This document shows, in pieces, positions 21,909 to 31,089 of a DNA stretch of 64,000 bases (positions within the stretch are counted from its first letter, which is position 1; every line of letters starts with the position of its first letter). The notes beneath the pieces are model-generated. The model was not told the origin of the DNA, did no database searches, and saw only the letters and a program-made list of their open reading frames with translations. This DNA is from Gammaproteobacteria bacterium 53_120_T64 (GTDB lineage Bacteria; Pseudomonadota; Gammaproteobacteria; Pseudomonadales; Porticoccaceae). Location: positions 14,605 to 78,604 of the forward strand of contig MAAT01000039.1 of NCBI GenBank assembly GCA_002162815.1. Reading direction: 5' to 3'. A program made the translations under genes and the position numbers.

Positions 21909-22988
21909 CTACTTTAACAGGGGCTCGCCGGGCATTTTGCGCAACTCGGGCAATACATCTTTAGCAAACAGGCGCAGGCTTTTTTCAACGTCTGCATAGG
22001 GCATGCCGCCGTAACTGAATACGCCGTTGTAGGCGCCGGCACCGGTGCGGGCGGTGAAGTCTTTAATGCGCTCCAGGCACTGCTCGGGTGTGCCGTAGAT
22101 TTGAATGCTCATAAAGAAGCGGATGGTCTCTTCCATATTTTTATTAATATGGTCGACCATGGCGCCGTAGGTTTCATAACCCTTGGTGGTTTTCAGGTGG
22201 TCGCTGGCCATTTCGTAGTGCTCAATCACCGAGCGGTAGTAGCCGCCGATGTATTTATAGGCCATTTCTTCGGCGCGGTCGGCACTTTCGTCACAGTAGG
22301 TCCAGCCACCGAGAATAGGAGCCGGAGCTTCTTCACCGTTGACTTCACGGTAAATGCTGCGGTAGTCGTCCAATTCTTTTTCGACGTGAGCCCAGGGCTT
22401 CTGCGGAATAATCAAAATACCGACACCCAGTTCGGCCATGATTTTCGATGACTCGGGGGAAACGGCAGCGGCGTAGGTGCGGCCTTTGAATGACTTATAG
22501 GGGCGCGGGCGAATTTCGCGACGGGCCTGTTTAATCTGCTTGCCGTCGGCTTCACAGAAGCCGCTCTCGAGACCATCAAGGATCATCGTCGCGCTTTCGG
22601 TGAAGGTTTCACGGCTGGCATTCATGTCTTTGCCAAAGCCTTCAAATTCAACGCGACCCAGGCCGCGACCGATGCCGAGAATCATCCGGCCATTGGACAT
22701 GTTGTCGAGCATGGAGATTTCTTCGGCAACGCGCATGGGATCGTGCCAAGGCAGGACGATAACCATCGAGCCAAGGCCGAGGTCGGGGTTGCGGCCGGCC
22801 CAGTAGGAAAGGTACTGGGTAACGTCGGGGCACATGGTGTAGTCGGTGAAGTGGTGCTCAACACCCCAGATGGATTGAAAGCCCAGCTCGCTGGCTAAAT
22901 CACCCATGCGCAGTTCGTTGGTGTAGACCTCGTGGTCGGTCGTGCCTGGGTCTACGCCCTGAAAAATCAGTGATAATCCTACATCCAT
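21909..22988 (-). CDS. LLM-class (luciferase-like) flavin-dependent monooxygenase/oxidoreductase
   Basis: 359 aa. TIM-barrel LLM signatures (…SIWGVEHHF…). Confidence 0.75.
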   Translation of the reverse strand: MDVGLSLIFQGVDPGTTDHEVYTNELRMGDLASELGFQSIWGVEHHFTDYTMCPDVTQYLSYWAGRNPDLGLGSMVIVLPWHDPMRVAEEISMLDNMSNGRMILGIGRGLGRVEFEGFGKDMNASRETFTESATMILDGLESGFCEADGKQIKQARREIRPRPYKSFKGRTYAAAVSPESSKIMAELGVGILIIPQKPWAHVEKELDDYRSIYREVNGEEAPAPILGGWTYCDESADRAEEMAYKYIGGYYRSVIEHYEMASDHLKTTKGYETYGAMVDHINKNMEETIRFFMSIQIYGTPEQCLERIKDFTARTGAGAYNGVFSYGGMPYADVEKSLRLFAKDVLPELRKMPGEPLLK

Positions 22989-23093
22989 TGTTCTACTCCT
23001 CTTCGGTTAATAAAAATTGTTAGTAATTTTGGTTTTATCTCAAGCTACAAGCTCTTGGTACTTAGGTGTCATCAATAATTGGCGTCGCTGTGA

Positions 23094-23858
23094 CTATTGA
23101 TTGAACATTCTCAAGCTAGCATCGAGGCGAATAACCTCGCCATTGAGCATTTTGTTCTGGCATATATCCCTCACCAAGGCGCCAAATTCATCCGGTTGGC
23201 CGAGACGTTTCGGGAAGGGTATTTCCTTGATGATTTCGTTCCACAGTGCTTCGGGTACGGTCTTGGTCAAGGGCGTTTCAAAGGCGCCGGGGGCGATAGC
23301 CATTACGCGGATGCCGTATTTTGCCAGATCTCGCGCCATTGGCAAGGTCATACCAATAACGCCAGCCTTTGAAGCGCCATAGGCGACCTGACCGGCGGGG
23401 GATTCGTAACCGGCGATGGAGGCGACATTAATGATAACGCCGCGTTCGCCGTCTTCATTCAGGGGCTCGGCATCGATCATTTGCTTGGCGGCGACGCGGG
23501 CGCAGCTGAAGGTGCCGGTGAGATTAACGTTGAGCATGTGCTGGAAATCGTCGAGACTGTGAATGCCCTTGCGACTGGCGGTTTTGGCAATGACATCGAC
23601 ACCCGCGGCATTGAGCAGAGCTCGCACAGGGCCATGCTCAGTTTTGATTTTTTCAAAGGCGGCAAACACGCTGTCTTCATTGGCGACATCACAAACTATT
23701 GCCGTTGCGCCAAGGGCTTTTGCTGTTTCCTGGGCCAGACTTTCGTTGCGATCGAGTATCACTACCTGGGCACCCGCAGCGCTGAGGACGCGGGCGGCAC
23801 CCGCGCCAAGACCCGATGCGCCGCCAGTGATGGCGACGATTTGATGATTGAGATCCAT
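23094..23858 (-). CDS. SDR family oxidoreductase (3-hydroxyacyl-CoA dehydrogenase type-2-like)
   Basis: VAITGGASGLGAGAA… glycine motif. 254 aa. Confidence 0.75.
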   Translation of the reverse strand: MDLNHQIVAITGGASGLGAGAARVLSAAGAQVVILDRNESLAQETAKALGATAIVCDVANEDSVFAAFEKIKTEHGPVRALLNAAGVDVIAKTASRKGIHSLDDFQHMLNVNLTGTFSCARVAAKQMIDAEPLNEDGERGVIINVASIAGYESPAGQVAYGASKAGVIGMTLPMARDLAKYGIRVMAIAPGAFETPLTKTVPEALWNEIIKEIPFPKRLGQPDEFGALVRDICQNKMLNGEVIRLDASLRMFNQ

Positions 23859-23914
23859 TGCTGAATTCCTTGTATTTATATTCTGTTTTTAAAGGACTGA
23901 GTTTTTAGCCATCC

Positions 23915-23952
23915 AAAAAAAACCCGAGTGCAAAGCAGCTCGGGTTTTTTTT
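23915..23952. terminator. bidirectional rho-independent terminator
   Basis: A8-cccgag-tgcaaagcag-ctcggg-T8. Confidence 0.8.
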
Positions 23953-23988
23953 ATTGCTACGCTGAGGCTAGCGAACTAGCCGTGCATC

Positions 23989-24756
23989 TTAGATCGCGAG
24001 GGACAAGCCGCCGTCGACAACAATGATGGCGCCAGTGATAAAGTCGGAAGCAGGGCTTGCCAGTAGTACTGACATACCTTGGAAGTCTTCGGGCTGACCG
24101 TAGGTGCCGGTCGCTGTTTTCGACACGGCGAAGTCAACGAGAGGAACTTTATTCTCGCCTTCACAGGGCATCATTTCAGTGTTGACCAAGCCGGGTAGCA
24201 GGGCGTTAACGGTAATGCCGTGTTTGCCCCAGCCCTGTGCCAGACTCTGCGTCATATGATCCATGCCGCCCTTGGCTGCTGCGTAGTGCACCAATTTGCC
24301 AAAGCCAAGCTTGGTGATGATGGAGCCAACATTGACGATTTTACCGCCGCCGGCTTCAACCATGTGGGGGAATACCGCCCGGCAAGTCAGGAAGCAAGAG
24401 GTCAGGTTAATGGCAATAAAATTATTCCACTCGTCGAGTGTCATTGTTTCAGGGGGGATGCCCCAGCTGATGGCGGCATTGTTAAAGAGGATGTCGATGC
24501 GGCCATAGTGCTCGGCAACAGCAGAAACCATTGCGTTAACCTCATCTTCTTTCGATACATCGCACTTCACACCAAAGGCCGTAGCACCGTCGCCTTCGAG
24601 GACTTTGACGGCGTTATCAATTTTGTCCTGATTGCGGCCAACAACGGCAACCTTGGCGCCAGCTTCAGCCAGACCTCTGGCGATACCCAGCCCGAGTCCA
24701 CCGTTACCGCCGGTGATAATGGCGACTTTGCCCGTTAAATCAAATTTGCTGTTCAT
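23989..24756 (-). CDS. SDR family oxidoreductase (gluconate-5-dehydrogenase/KduD-like), paralog A
   Basis: LTGKVAIITGGNGGLGLGIA… 255 aa. Confidence 0.75.
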   Translation of the reverse strand: MNSKFDLTGKVAIITGGNGGLGLGIARGLAEAGAKVAVVGRNQDKIDNAVKVLEGDGATAFGVKCDVSKEDEVNAMVSAVAEHYGRIDILFNNAAISWGIPPETMTLDEWNNFIAINLTSCFLTCRAVFPHMVEAGGGKIVNVGSIITKLGFGKLVHYAAAKGGMDHMTQSLAQGWGKHGITVNALLPGLVNTEMMPCEGENKVPLVDFAVSKTATGTYGQPEDFQGMSVLLASPASDFITGAIIVVDGGLSLAI

Positions 24757-24858
24757 TTACTTATCTCCAAAAAAACACTACGTCGCGCATTGATTGAGCC
24801 CGCGTTTGGCCGTAGTGGTCGATCTTGTAGGGTTAGGTATTTAAACCTGTTGCGAGGT

Positions 24859-25626
24859 TTAAATACCCAGGGTCATGCCGCCATCGGCAACGATGATGGA
24901 GCCGGTGATAAATTTAGAGGCATCGCTCGAGAGCAAAATTGAGAGGCCTTCGAAATCATCGGGCATGCCATGGCGACCCACCGGGGTTTTCTTGGTGATG
25001 TAGTCGACGACAGGGCCAATTTTGTTTTCGCCGAAGCAGGGCATCATCTCGGTGTGTACCAGGCCAGGTAGAATGGCATTGACTTGAATGTTGTCCTTGC
25101 CCCAGGCCAGTGCCAGGCTCTGGGTCATCTTGTCCATACCACCTTTTGCGGCTGCGTAGTGCACCAGTTTGCCCATGGCTTTTTCGGAGATGGCAGAGCC
25201 GACATTAATGATTTTGCCGCCGCCAGCCTTCACCATTTCAGGGTACACGGCTTTCGAGCAGAGGAAGCCGGAGGTGAGGTCGATGGCAATAAATTGATCC
25301 CAGTCTTCGATGCTGAGCTTCTCGGGAGCAACGCCCCAGCTGATCGCTGCGTTGTTAAAGAGAATATCGACGCGACCGAGTTGCTCAACAGTTTCGGCAA
25401 CCATGCGATTGACGTCGGCTTCTTTTGAAACGTCAGCCTGTACGCCAATGGCTTTGGCGCCGAGTTCTGTCATTACGGCGACAGCTTTGTCGATTTTGTC
25501 CTGGTTGCGGCCCACGAGGGCTACCGCACAACCTTCCGATGCCAGGCCTTTGGCAATGCCGAGGCCAAGGCCGCCGTTACCGCCGGTGATAATGGCTACT
25601 TTTCCTGTTAAATCAAAACACTTCAC
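24859..25626 (-). CDS. SDR family oxidoreductase, paralog B (tandem duplicate of 23989-24756)
   Basis: Same length (255 aa) and near-identical motif layout to its neighbour. Confidence 0.75.
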   Translation of the reverse strand: MKCFDLTGKVAIITGGNGGLGLGIAKGLASEGCAVALVGRNQDKIDKAVAVMTELGAKAIGVQADVSKEADVNRMVAETVEQLGRVDILFNNAAISWGVAPEKLSIEDWDQFIAIDLTSGFLCSKAVYPEMVKAGGGKIINVGSAISEKAMGKLVHYAAAKGGMDKMTQSLALAWGKDNIQVNAILPGLVHTEMMPCFGENKIGPVVDYITKKTPVGRHGMPDDFEGLSILLSSDASKFITGSIIVADGGMTLGI

Positions 25627-26452
25627 TTGCTTACCTCCAATCGTCTTACGTGTACGAACTGAATTAGATGTTGAATGCTGGAACCGATCTCGCTGTCGCC
25701 AAGGCTAGAAATCTCGACCCTACTTAAACGAGCTGGCAATAACCCCGCCTAGTCTTTTTCTGACTACCGCTTTGCTGCGCAGCCTGCGATTTAACAGGCT
25801 GCGTATTTTGTAGGCGTGGATAGTCGCATTTTTCCGTTTGAAAAGGAACTGTTTTTTACCAACTGGTAACATTTGGGTCTCGGCAGATGGGACAAGTGAT
25901 TGACTTAGTTTCTTAAGGCCGCGCTAAGGTTGCGTTTCCCCTGCGCCTTATTGTGTCGACGAGGGTGTTGCGCCAGCTCTAAATTTATATGAAAAATATA
26001 TTATCTACTTGTTATAAATCAATTAGTTAATACACTATATTAACTTTATATCTACGCTGTGTTTGAGCTCTTTTCGAAGCTCTACGCTAGCCATAAAAAG
26101 GCCTCAAGTAGCTACCTTACAGCCTAGCAAGCGAACAATAATCGAGTTTTAAACACTGATTTTCGCTCTGTATTAAGCTGATAAGACGGCGCGGCTATAG
26201 ATAGAGAGTGAATCACTAGTAACCTAGTTATCACTTGATCGAGGGCTAGGTGATGAGCTCGCCTGCAGGGTTTGAGTTTAGTTTAAGAGGGTGATAGAGA
26301 AGTAGGGACAAGCTACGGAGGGGTCTTTGCAGCCTGTCTTTTCTGAGTGGCTTTATTGTATAGTTTCAAGCCGCTTTGTAATGGTAGTCATAGCGGCGAG
26401 TGATATTAATTATAAAAGTCTGCCGTGTAGTAAAAATAATCAGGGGAAAGCA

Positions 26453-27457
26453 ATGAGCACATACCGTCTCGATACGGTGGATGAGTACGGCCACCAGCCC
26501 ACCGACGATAGTAATTTTAACGAGAGTGTTTACGTCAACGGCTGGGACCCCGAGCAGAAGATGGGCTTGTGGATGCGCTTGGGGAATCGCGTTAATGAGG
26601 GCCATGCCGAGCTGTCGGTGTGTATTTACCTACCCGACGGCCGTGTCGCCTGCCAATTTTTGCGCCCCGATATCGACACCAATGAGCGCCATAGCGCCGG
26701 TGGTCTCGACTATCAAGTGCAAGAGCCCTTTAAAGCGGTGAGCATGACGTACTCGGGTGAGGCGATGATTCTCGACGACCCGCAAATATTGCGCGAAGCC
26801 CGTAAGATGTTTAAAACCGCGCCCCGTGTTCAGGCTGAAGTGAGTTTACACCTTGCCGGCCTGTCGCCCATGAACGGCGGCGAACCCACCGACCCGGAAA
26901 CAGAAACCATGTACGGCCGCGATTTTTCCATTGGCCACTTTAACCAGCACACCCGTATTAGCGGCAAGATTACCCTGGGTGACGAGAGCTGGGACTTGCA
27001 GGGTTTCGGTTGGCGCGATCATTCCTGGGGGCCGCGTTACTGGACCAATATTAATTTCTACCGTTTGTTTATCGCCAACTTTGGTGAAGATCGCGGCATT
27101 ATGATGCTCAAACGTACCGACCGCGAAATGCAGGTGCACCGTCGCGGTGTGCTGATGTACGACGGTAAATACGAAGAAATTATCGACATGGATGTAATGA
27201 CCGAGTGGGATGAGAACAAAGACCCGAAAGCGGTTCGCCTCGGTGTGCGCACGGCCAATCGAGCAGTCGAGTTGAATGGCAAAATCATCACCATGGCACC
27301 GCTGCGTAACCATCGCCAAATTGACGGGGAAACCGTTGAGAGCCGCATTGCCGAGGGCTTTACGGAATGGGTTTGGGACGACGGTCGACCGGGTATTGGT
27401 ATTACCGAGTATATTGAGCGCCTTGAAGACGGCGAGCCAGTGGGCTTTCCGCTTTGA
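26453..27457 (+). CDS. hypothetical protein (about 334 aa, no family recognised)
   Basis: Start set at ATG 26453 with AGGGGAAA RBS. The ORF-track start at 26327 lacks an RBS. The 3' end sits 43 bp from the phosphotransferase gene. Confidence 0.5.
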   Translation: MSTYRLDTVDEYGHQPTDDSNFNESVYVNGWDPEQKMGLWMRLGNRVNEGHAELSVCIYLPDGRVACQFLRPDIDTNERHSAGGLDYQVQEPFKAVSMTYSGEAMILDDPQILREARKMFKTAPRVQAEVSLHLAGLSPMNGGEPTDPETETMYGRDFSIGHFNQHTRISGKITLGDESWDLQGFGWRDHSWGPRYWTNINFYRLFIANFGEDRGIMMLKRTDREMQVHRRGVLMYDGKYEEIIDMDVMTEWDENKDPKAVRLGVRTANRAVELNGKIITMAPLRNHRQIDGETVESRIAEGFTEWVWDDGRPGIGITEYIERLEDGEPVGFPL

Positions 27458-27500
27458 TTAGCGCTATTAACACCATTCGCTTAAGGCAGGCTCGTCGGTA

Positions 27501-28520
27501 ATGGCTGAACTTACTGAACAGCAGGCCTTACTTGATAGTATCGTTGCCAAGCTCGAGCTAGCCCTACAGCGGCGCTACGGGCAGGCCGCTCGTGTCGAAA
27601 ATGTGTCTATCGCCACCCTCGGTGCATCGAATCGAACCTTGTTGTTCGATTTAGTCGAGCCCGCTGGTCGACGTCGATTGGTGTTGCGCCAGGAAACATT
27701 AAAATCGGAAGTGTCGCCCTTTATTTCGCCCCACGATCAATTCGAAATTTTAAAAGTGGTCTATCGTCACGGTGTGTTAGTACCCGAGCCAATATTTGAG
27801 CTCGAGCCGCAAGACGATCTTGATGTCGGTTATGTGATGGCCTGTGTGGAGGGGGAGACCCTGCCGAAAACTCTGCTCAATGCGCCAGAGTTCGAGGTGG
27901 CGAGACAGCGCTTCGCGGCGCAGACCGGCGAAATCTTCGCCAAGCTACACGCCATTGACCCCAGTGAAGTGGCCTTTCTGGAAAAGGTTGTCGATAGCGT
28001 TGACCCCTTGGCCGCACAAATCAGCCGTTACGATGCCTACTGCGAATATCATCCCGGCCTCGATGTCGGCATTCGCTGGCTGGAAAATAATCGCCCTAAG
28101 GATAAGCCTCGGGTGTTTGTCCACGGCGACTACCGCAATGGTAATGTCATTCTCAGTCCCGACGGTATTGAAGCGGTGCTCGACTGGGAGTGCGCCCATA
28201 TTGGCAGTGCCATGGAAGACTTCGGCTGGGTTTGCCTGCGCGCCTGGCGCTTTGGCAATATCGACCAGCCCGTGGGGGGCTTTGGCCCCCGCGATGAGTT
28301 TTACCAGGCCTATACCAGCAATGGTGGGCAGGCGATTGATGAAGAAGAAATTCGCTGGTGGGAGATTTTTGGTTCCCTGCGCTGGGCGGTGCTGAATATG
28401 ATGCAGGCCGACGGTCACATTAGTGGTGTGAGGCGTTCACTGCCTTTTGCCTGCTGCGGGCGCAATACCAGCATGATCGAATACGATATGCTGATGACCA
28501 TTAAAGGGCATTTCACCTAG
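27501..28520 (+). CDS. phosphotransferase-family protein (APH/choline-kinase-like kinase fold)
   Basis: VHGDYRNGNVIL (catalytic HGD…N) and DWE motifs. Often a partner or fusion of ACAD10/11-type dehydrogenases. Confidence 0.7.
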   Translation: MAELTEQQALLDSIVAKLELALQRRYGQAARVENVSIATLGASNRTLLFDLVEPAGRRRLVLRQETLKSEVSPFISPHDQFEILKVVYRHGVLVPEPIFELEPQDDLDVGYVMACVEGETLPKTLLNAPEFEVARQRFAAQTGEIFAKLHAIDPSEVAFLEKVVDSVDPLAAQISRYDAYCEYHPGLDVGIRWLENNRPKDKPRVFVHGDYRNGNVILSPDGIEAVLDWECAHIGSAMEDFGWVCLRAWRFGNIDQPVGGFGPRDEFYQAYTSNGGQAIDEEEIRWWEIFGSLRWAVLNMMQADGHISGVRRSLPFACCGRNTSMIEYDMLMTIKGHFT

Positions 28521-28577
28521 TGTCGGTGGCCTGCCTCAGCGTAGTAGATTAATGCAGCGGATAAGCACGATGTTGAA

Positions 28578-28985
28578 ATGTCAGTTCGTCAATATAAGAG
28601 AGTGGGAGTAGCCGGTTTGAGTCAGGATAAACCCGATATAAAAGAAATTCTTGTCACCGTAAAACAACTGCTAGAGAGCATCGCCAATAAGTCCAAGGGT
28701 AGCGAGCGCTACGATGCTTTATGCGGCGCATTTCTACTCAGTGTGGTCGATAGAGAGCTTGACTTTGGCGAGCGGCAGGACGAGAGCCAAAGTGGCGAGC
28801 TACAACAACTACTCTGGGGGGAGGGCTCTTTAAGCGACCTTTACCGCCAGTTTTGCCAGCAAGTTCGCGCTGGCGAATTGGACGAACAGTGGCCTGCGGC
28901 CTTTGATTTTGCCTTTAAACAGGTGGTCGATAAAGTGAGCGTCACCAACCCTAAATACCTTGCCGAGATGCATCGGACTGACTAA
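28578..28985 (+). CDS. hypothetical protein (135 aa; small helical partner of the phosphotransferase, possibly DUF6285-like)
   Basis: Clean ORF 57 bp downstream of the kinase-like gene. No recognisable motif. Confidence 0.45.
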   Translation: MSVRQYKRVGVAGLSQDKPDIKEILVTVKQLLESIANKSKGSERYDALCGAFLLSVVDRELDFGERQDESQSGELQQLLWGEGSLSDLYRQFCQQVRAGELDEQWPAAFDFAFKQVVDKVSVTNPKYLAEMHRTD

Positions 28986-29052
28986 GGCCACAAATTGAAT
29001 TTTACAAACTGATTTTTCGTTCATTTTTTAATAAAAGAGAGGAGTTATTCTT

Positions 29053-29817
29053 ATGACAGGACGAGTAGAGGGGCAGGTGGTTATCGTTACCGGTGCCAGT
29101 GGTGGTATTGGCCGTGCGGCGAGTGAGATTTTTGCCCGCGAGGGGGCCAGTGTTGTTGTCGCCGATATGAATGTCGTCGGCGGTGAAGAAACGGCCCACA
29201 TTATCGAGCAGGCCGGTGGAAAAGCCATCTTTGTTAAAACTGACGTCTCCAGCGCGGCCGATACTGAGGCGATGGTTGCTGCAGCCGTCGCAGAGTTCGG
29301 CAAACTGAACTGTGCCTTTAACAATGCCGGTGTCGAGGGTGAGCAGGCGCTGGCGGCCGATGCCACCGAAGAAAACTTCATGCTCAACTACAAGGTCAAC
29401 ATGCTTGGCGTTTGGTTGTGTATGAAATATCAAATTAAACAAATGATGGTACAAGGCACGGGTGGGGCGATTGTTAATACCGCTTCCGATGCCGGCTTGA
29501 TCGGTGTTAAAGGTCTCGGGCACTACTCGGCTGCCAAACATGCGGTTATTGGTTTAACCAAGTCGACCGCACTGGATTACGCCACTAAGAACATCCGTGT
29601 CAACGCAGTTTGCCCCGGCCCCATTCGCACGCAAATGCTCGAGCGGGTATTTGAAGAAAACCCCAAGTTTGCCGATGCGATGATTTCAGCCCAGCCGGTC
29701 AAGCGCTTGGGTGAGCCCCATGAGATTGGCGATGCAGCCGTTTATTTGTGCTCCGATGCCGCCAGTTACATCACTGGCCACGCGCTGCCCGTCGATGGCG
29801 GCTACATGGCCACCTAA
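29053..29817 (+). CDS. SDR family oxidoreductase
   Basis: VVIVTGASGGIGRA… Strong RBS AGAGGAG. Confidence 0.75.
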   Translation: MTGRVEGQVVIVTGASGGIGRAASEIFAREGASVVVADMNVVGGEETAHIIEQAGGKAIFVKTDVSSAADTEAMVAAAVAEFGKLNCAFNNAGVEGEQALAADATEENFMLNYKVNMLGVWLCMKYQIKQMMVQGTGGAIVNTASDAGLIGVKGLGHYSAAKHAVIGLTKSTALDYATKNIRVNAVCPGPIRTQMLERVFEENPKFADAMISAQPVKRLGEPHEIGDAAVYLCSDAASYITGHALPVDGGYMAT

Positions 29818-29922
29818 TAAAAGTCGCTAAAAAATCGACTTCCCAGGGCCATTCCACTTTGTGTAGTATGGCTCGGGTTTATTAACAACTAGCCCGTCTT
29901 TTTACGGGTAGGGAGAAACTGA

Positions 29923-31029
29923 ATGAAAATTAAGGCCGCAGTATTACGCGGAGTAGATCAGCCTTTCGAGATCGAAGAGCTGGAACTCGCTCCACCAAAA
30001 GAAAATGAAGTGCTGGTAAAAACCACCGCCAGTGGCATTTGTCACAGTGACTACTCCGTCGCTCACGGCATCTTGAATTGCCCCTTTCCCATCGTCCTAG
30101 GCCATGAAGGCGCTGGTGTTGTCGAGGCCGTTGGCCCCGGCGTTACCGATTTGAAACCCGGTGACAAGGTGATTGCAGCGCTGACACCCAGCTGTGGCAA
30201 TTGCACCATGTGTAAGGAAGGCAAAGAGTTTATGTGCTCAGGCATGGGCAAACTGCTCACCGATTGCACCCAGCTCGACGGCACGACGCGTCATAAAACC
30301 GCTAGCGGTGAAGATGTTTTCGCCCTATGTGGCGTTGGTTCCTTCGGTGAATACATGGTGATGCCAGCGGGCTCAGCCATTAAAGTGCCGGAAGATACCC
30401 CCCTCGATATTACCTGCCTGATCGGTTGTGGTGTGACTACGGGTACTGGCGCGGCGCTGAATACCGCCAATGTCCAGCCCGGTGAAGCGACTGCGGTTAT
30501 CGGTTGTGGTGGTGTTGGCTTATCCATTATTCAGGGCTGCCGCATCGGTGGTTCAACCATCATTATTGCCATCGACCCGATGGAAGAGAAGCGCGAGCTG
30601 GCCCTGTCTCTGGGTGCGACTCACGCGATTAACCCCTTTGAGGAAGATGCCGCCGCTAAGGTTAAAGAGCTGACCGGTGGTCTGGGTGTGCACTATGCCT
30701 TTGAAGCACTGGGTCGCGTTGAAACCATGGCGCAAACCTGGGACATGATTCGTCCCACCGGTACCTGCGTGATTGTTGGTGTTGCATCGCTGGACCAGTC
30801 GGTGAAAATCCCCTCAGCCGGTCTATTGGCTGAGTATGAAATCCAGGGTTCTTGCTACGGATCATCGACACCGAAGAAAGATATTCCCCGTTTCGTTGAA
30901 CTGTATAAGAGCGGTGAGCTAAAGCTGGACGAAATGATTACCCAGCGTATTGGCCTGGAAGATATCGATCGTGCCTTTGATGAAATGGGTCGAGGCGAAG
31001 GTGCCCGCTCCGTGATCATGTACGGTTAA
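29923..31029 (+). CDS. zinc-dependent alcohol dehydrogenase (class III/NDMA-ADH-like), paralog 1
   Basis: GICHSD catalytic-zinc motif, structural-zinc Cys cluster (C…C..C…C), GxGxxG (VIGCGGVGL). Confidence 0.8.
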   Translation: MKIKAAVLRGVDQPFEIEELELAPPKENEVLVKTTASGICHSDYSVAHGILNCPFPIVLGHEGAGVVEAVGPGVTDLKPGDKVIAALTPSCGNCTMCKEGKEFMCSGMGKLLTDCTQLDGTTRHKTASGEDVFALCGVGSFGEYMVMPAGSAIKVPEDTPLDITCLIGCGVTTGTGAALNTANVQPGEATAVIGCGGVGLSIIQGCRIGGSTIIIAIDPMEEKRELALSLGATHAINPFEEDAAAKVKELTGGLGVHYAFEALGRVETMAQTWDMIRPTGTCVIVGVASLDQSVKIPSAGLLAEYEIQGSCYGSSTPKKDIPRFVELYKSGELKLDEMITQRIGLEDIDRAFDEMGRGEGARSVIMYG

Positions 31030-31089
31030 TAAACCCATTTACAGTTTAATTTCGAATGTCGGCCCAAGGGTTCGACGGGGAGAGAAATA

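Noticed and set aside
26327-26452. N-terminal extension of hypothetical protein (ORF-track start 26327)
   Set aside because: No RBS. A good RBS and ATG occur at 26453.
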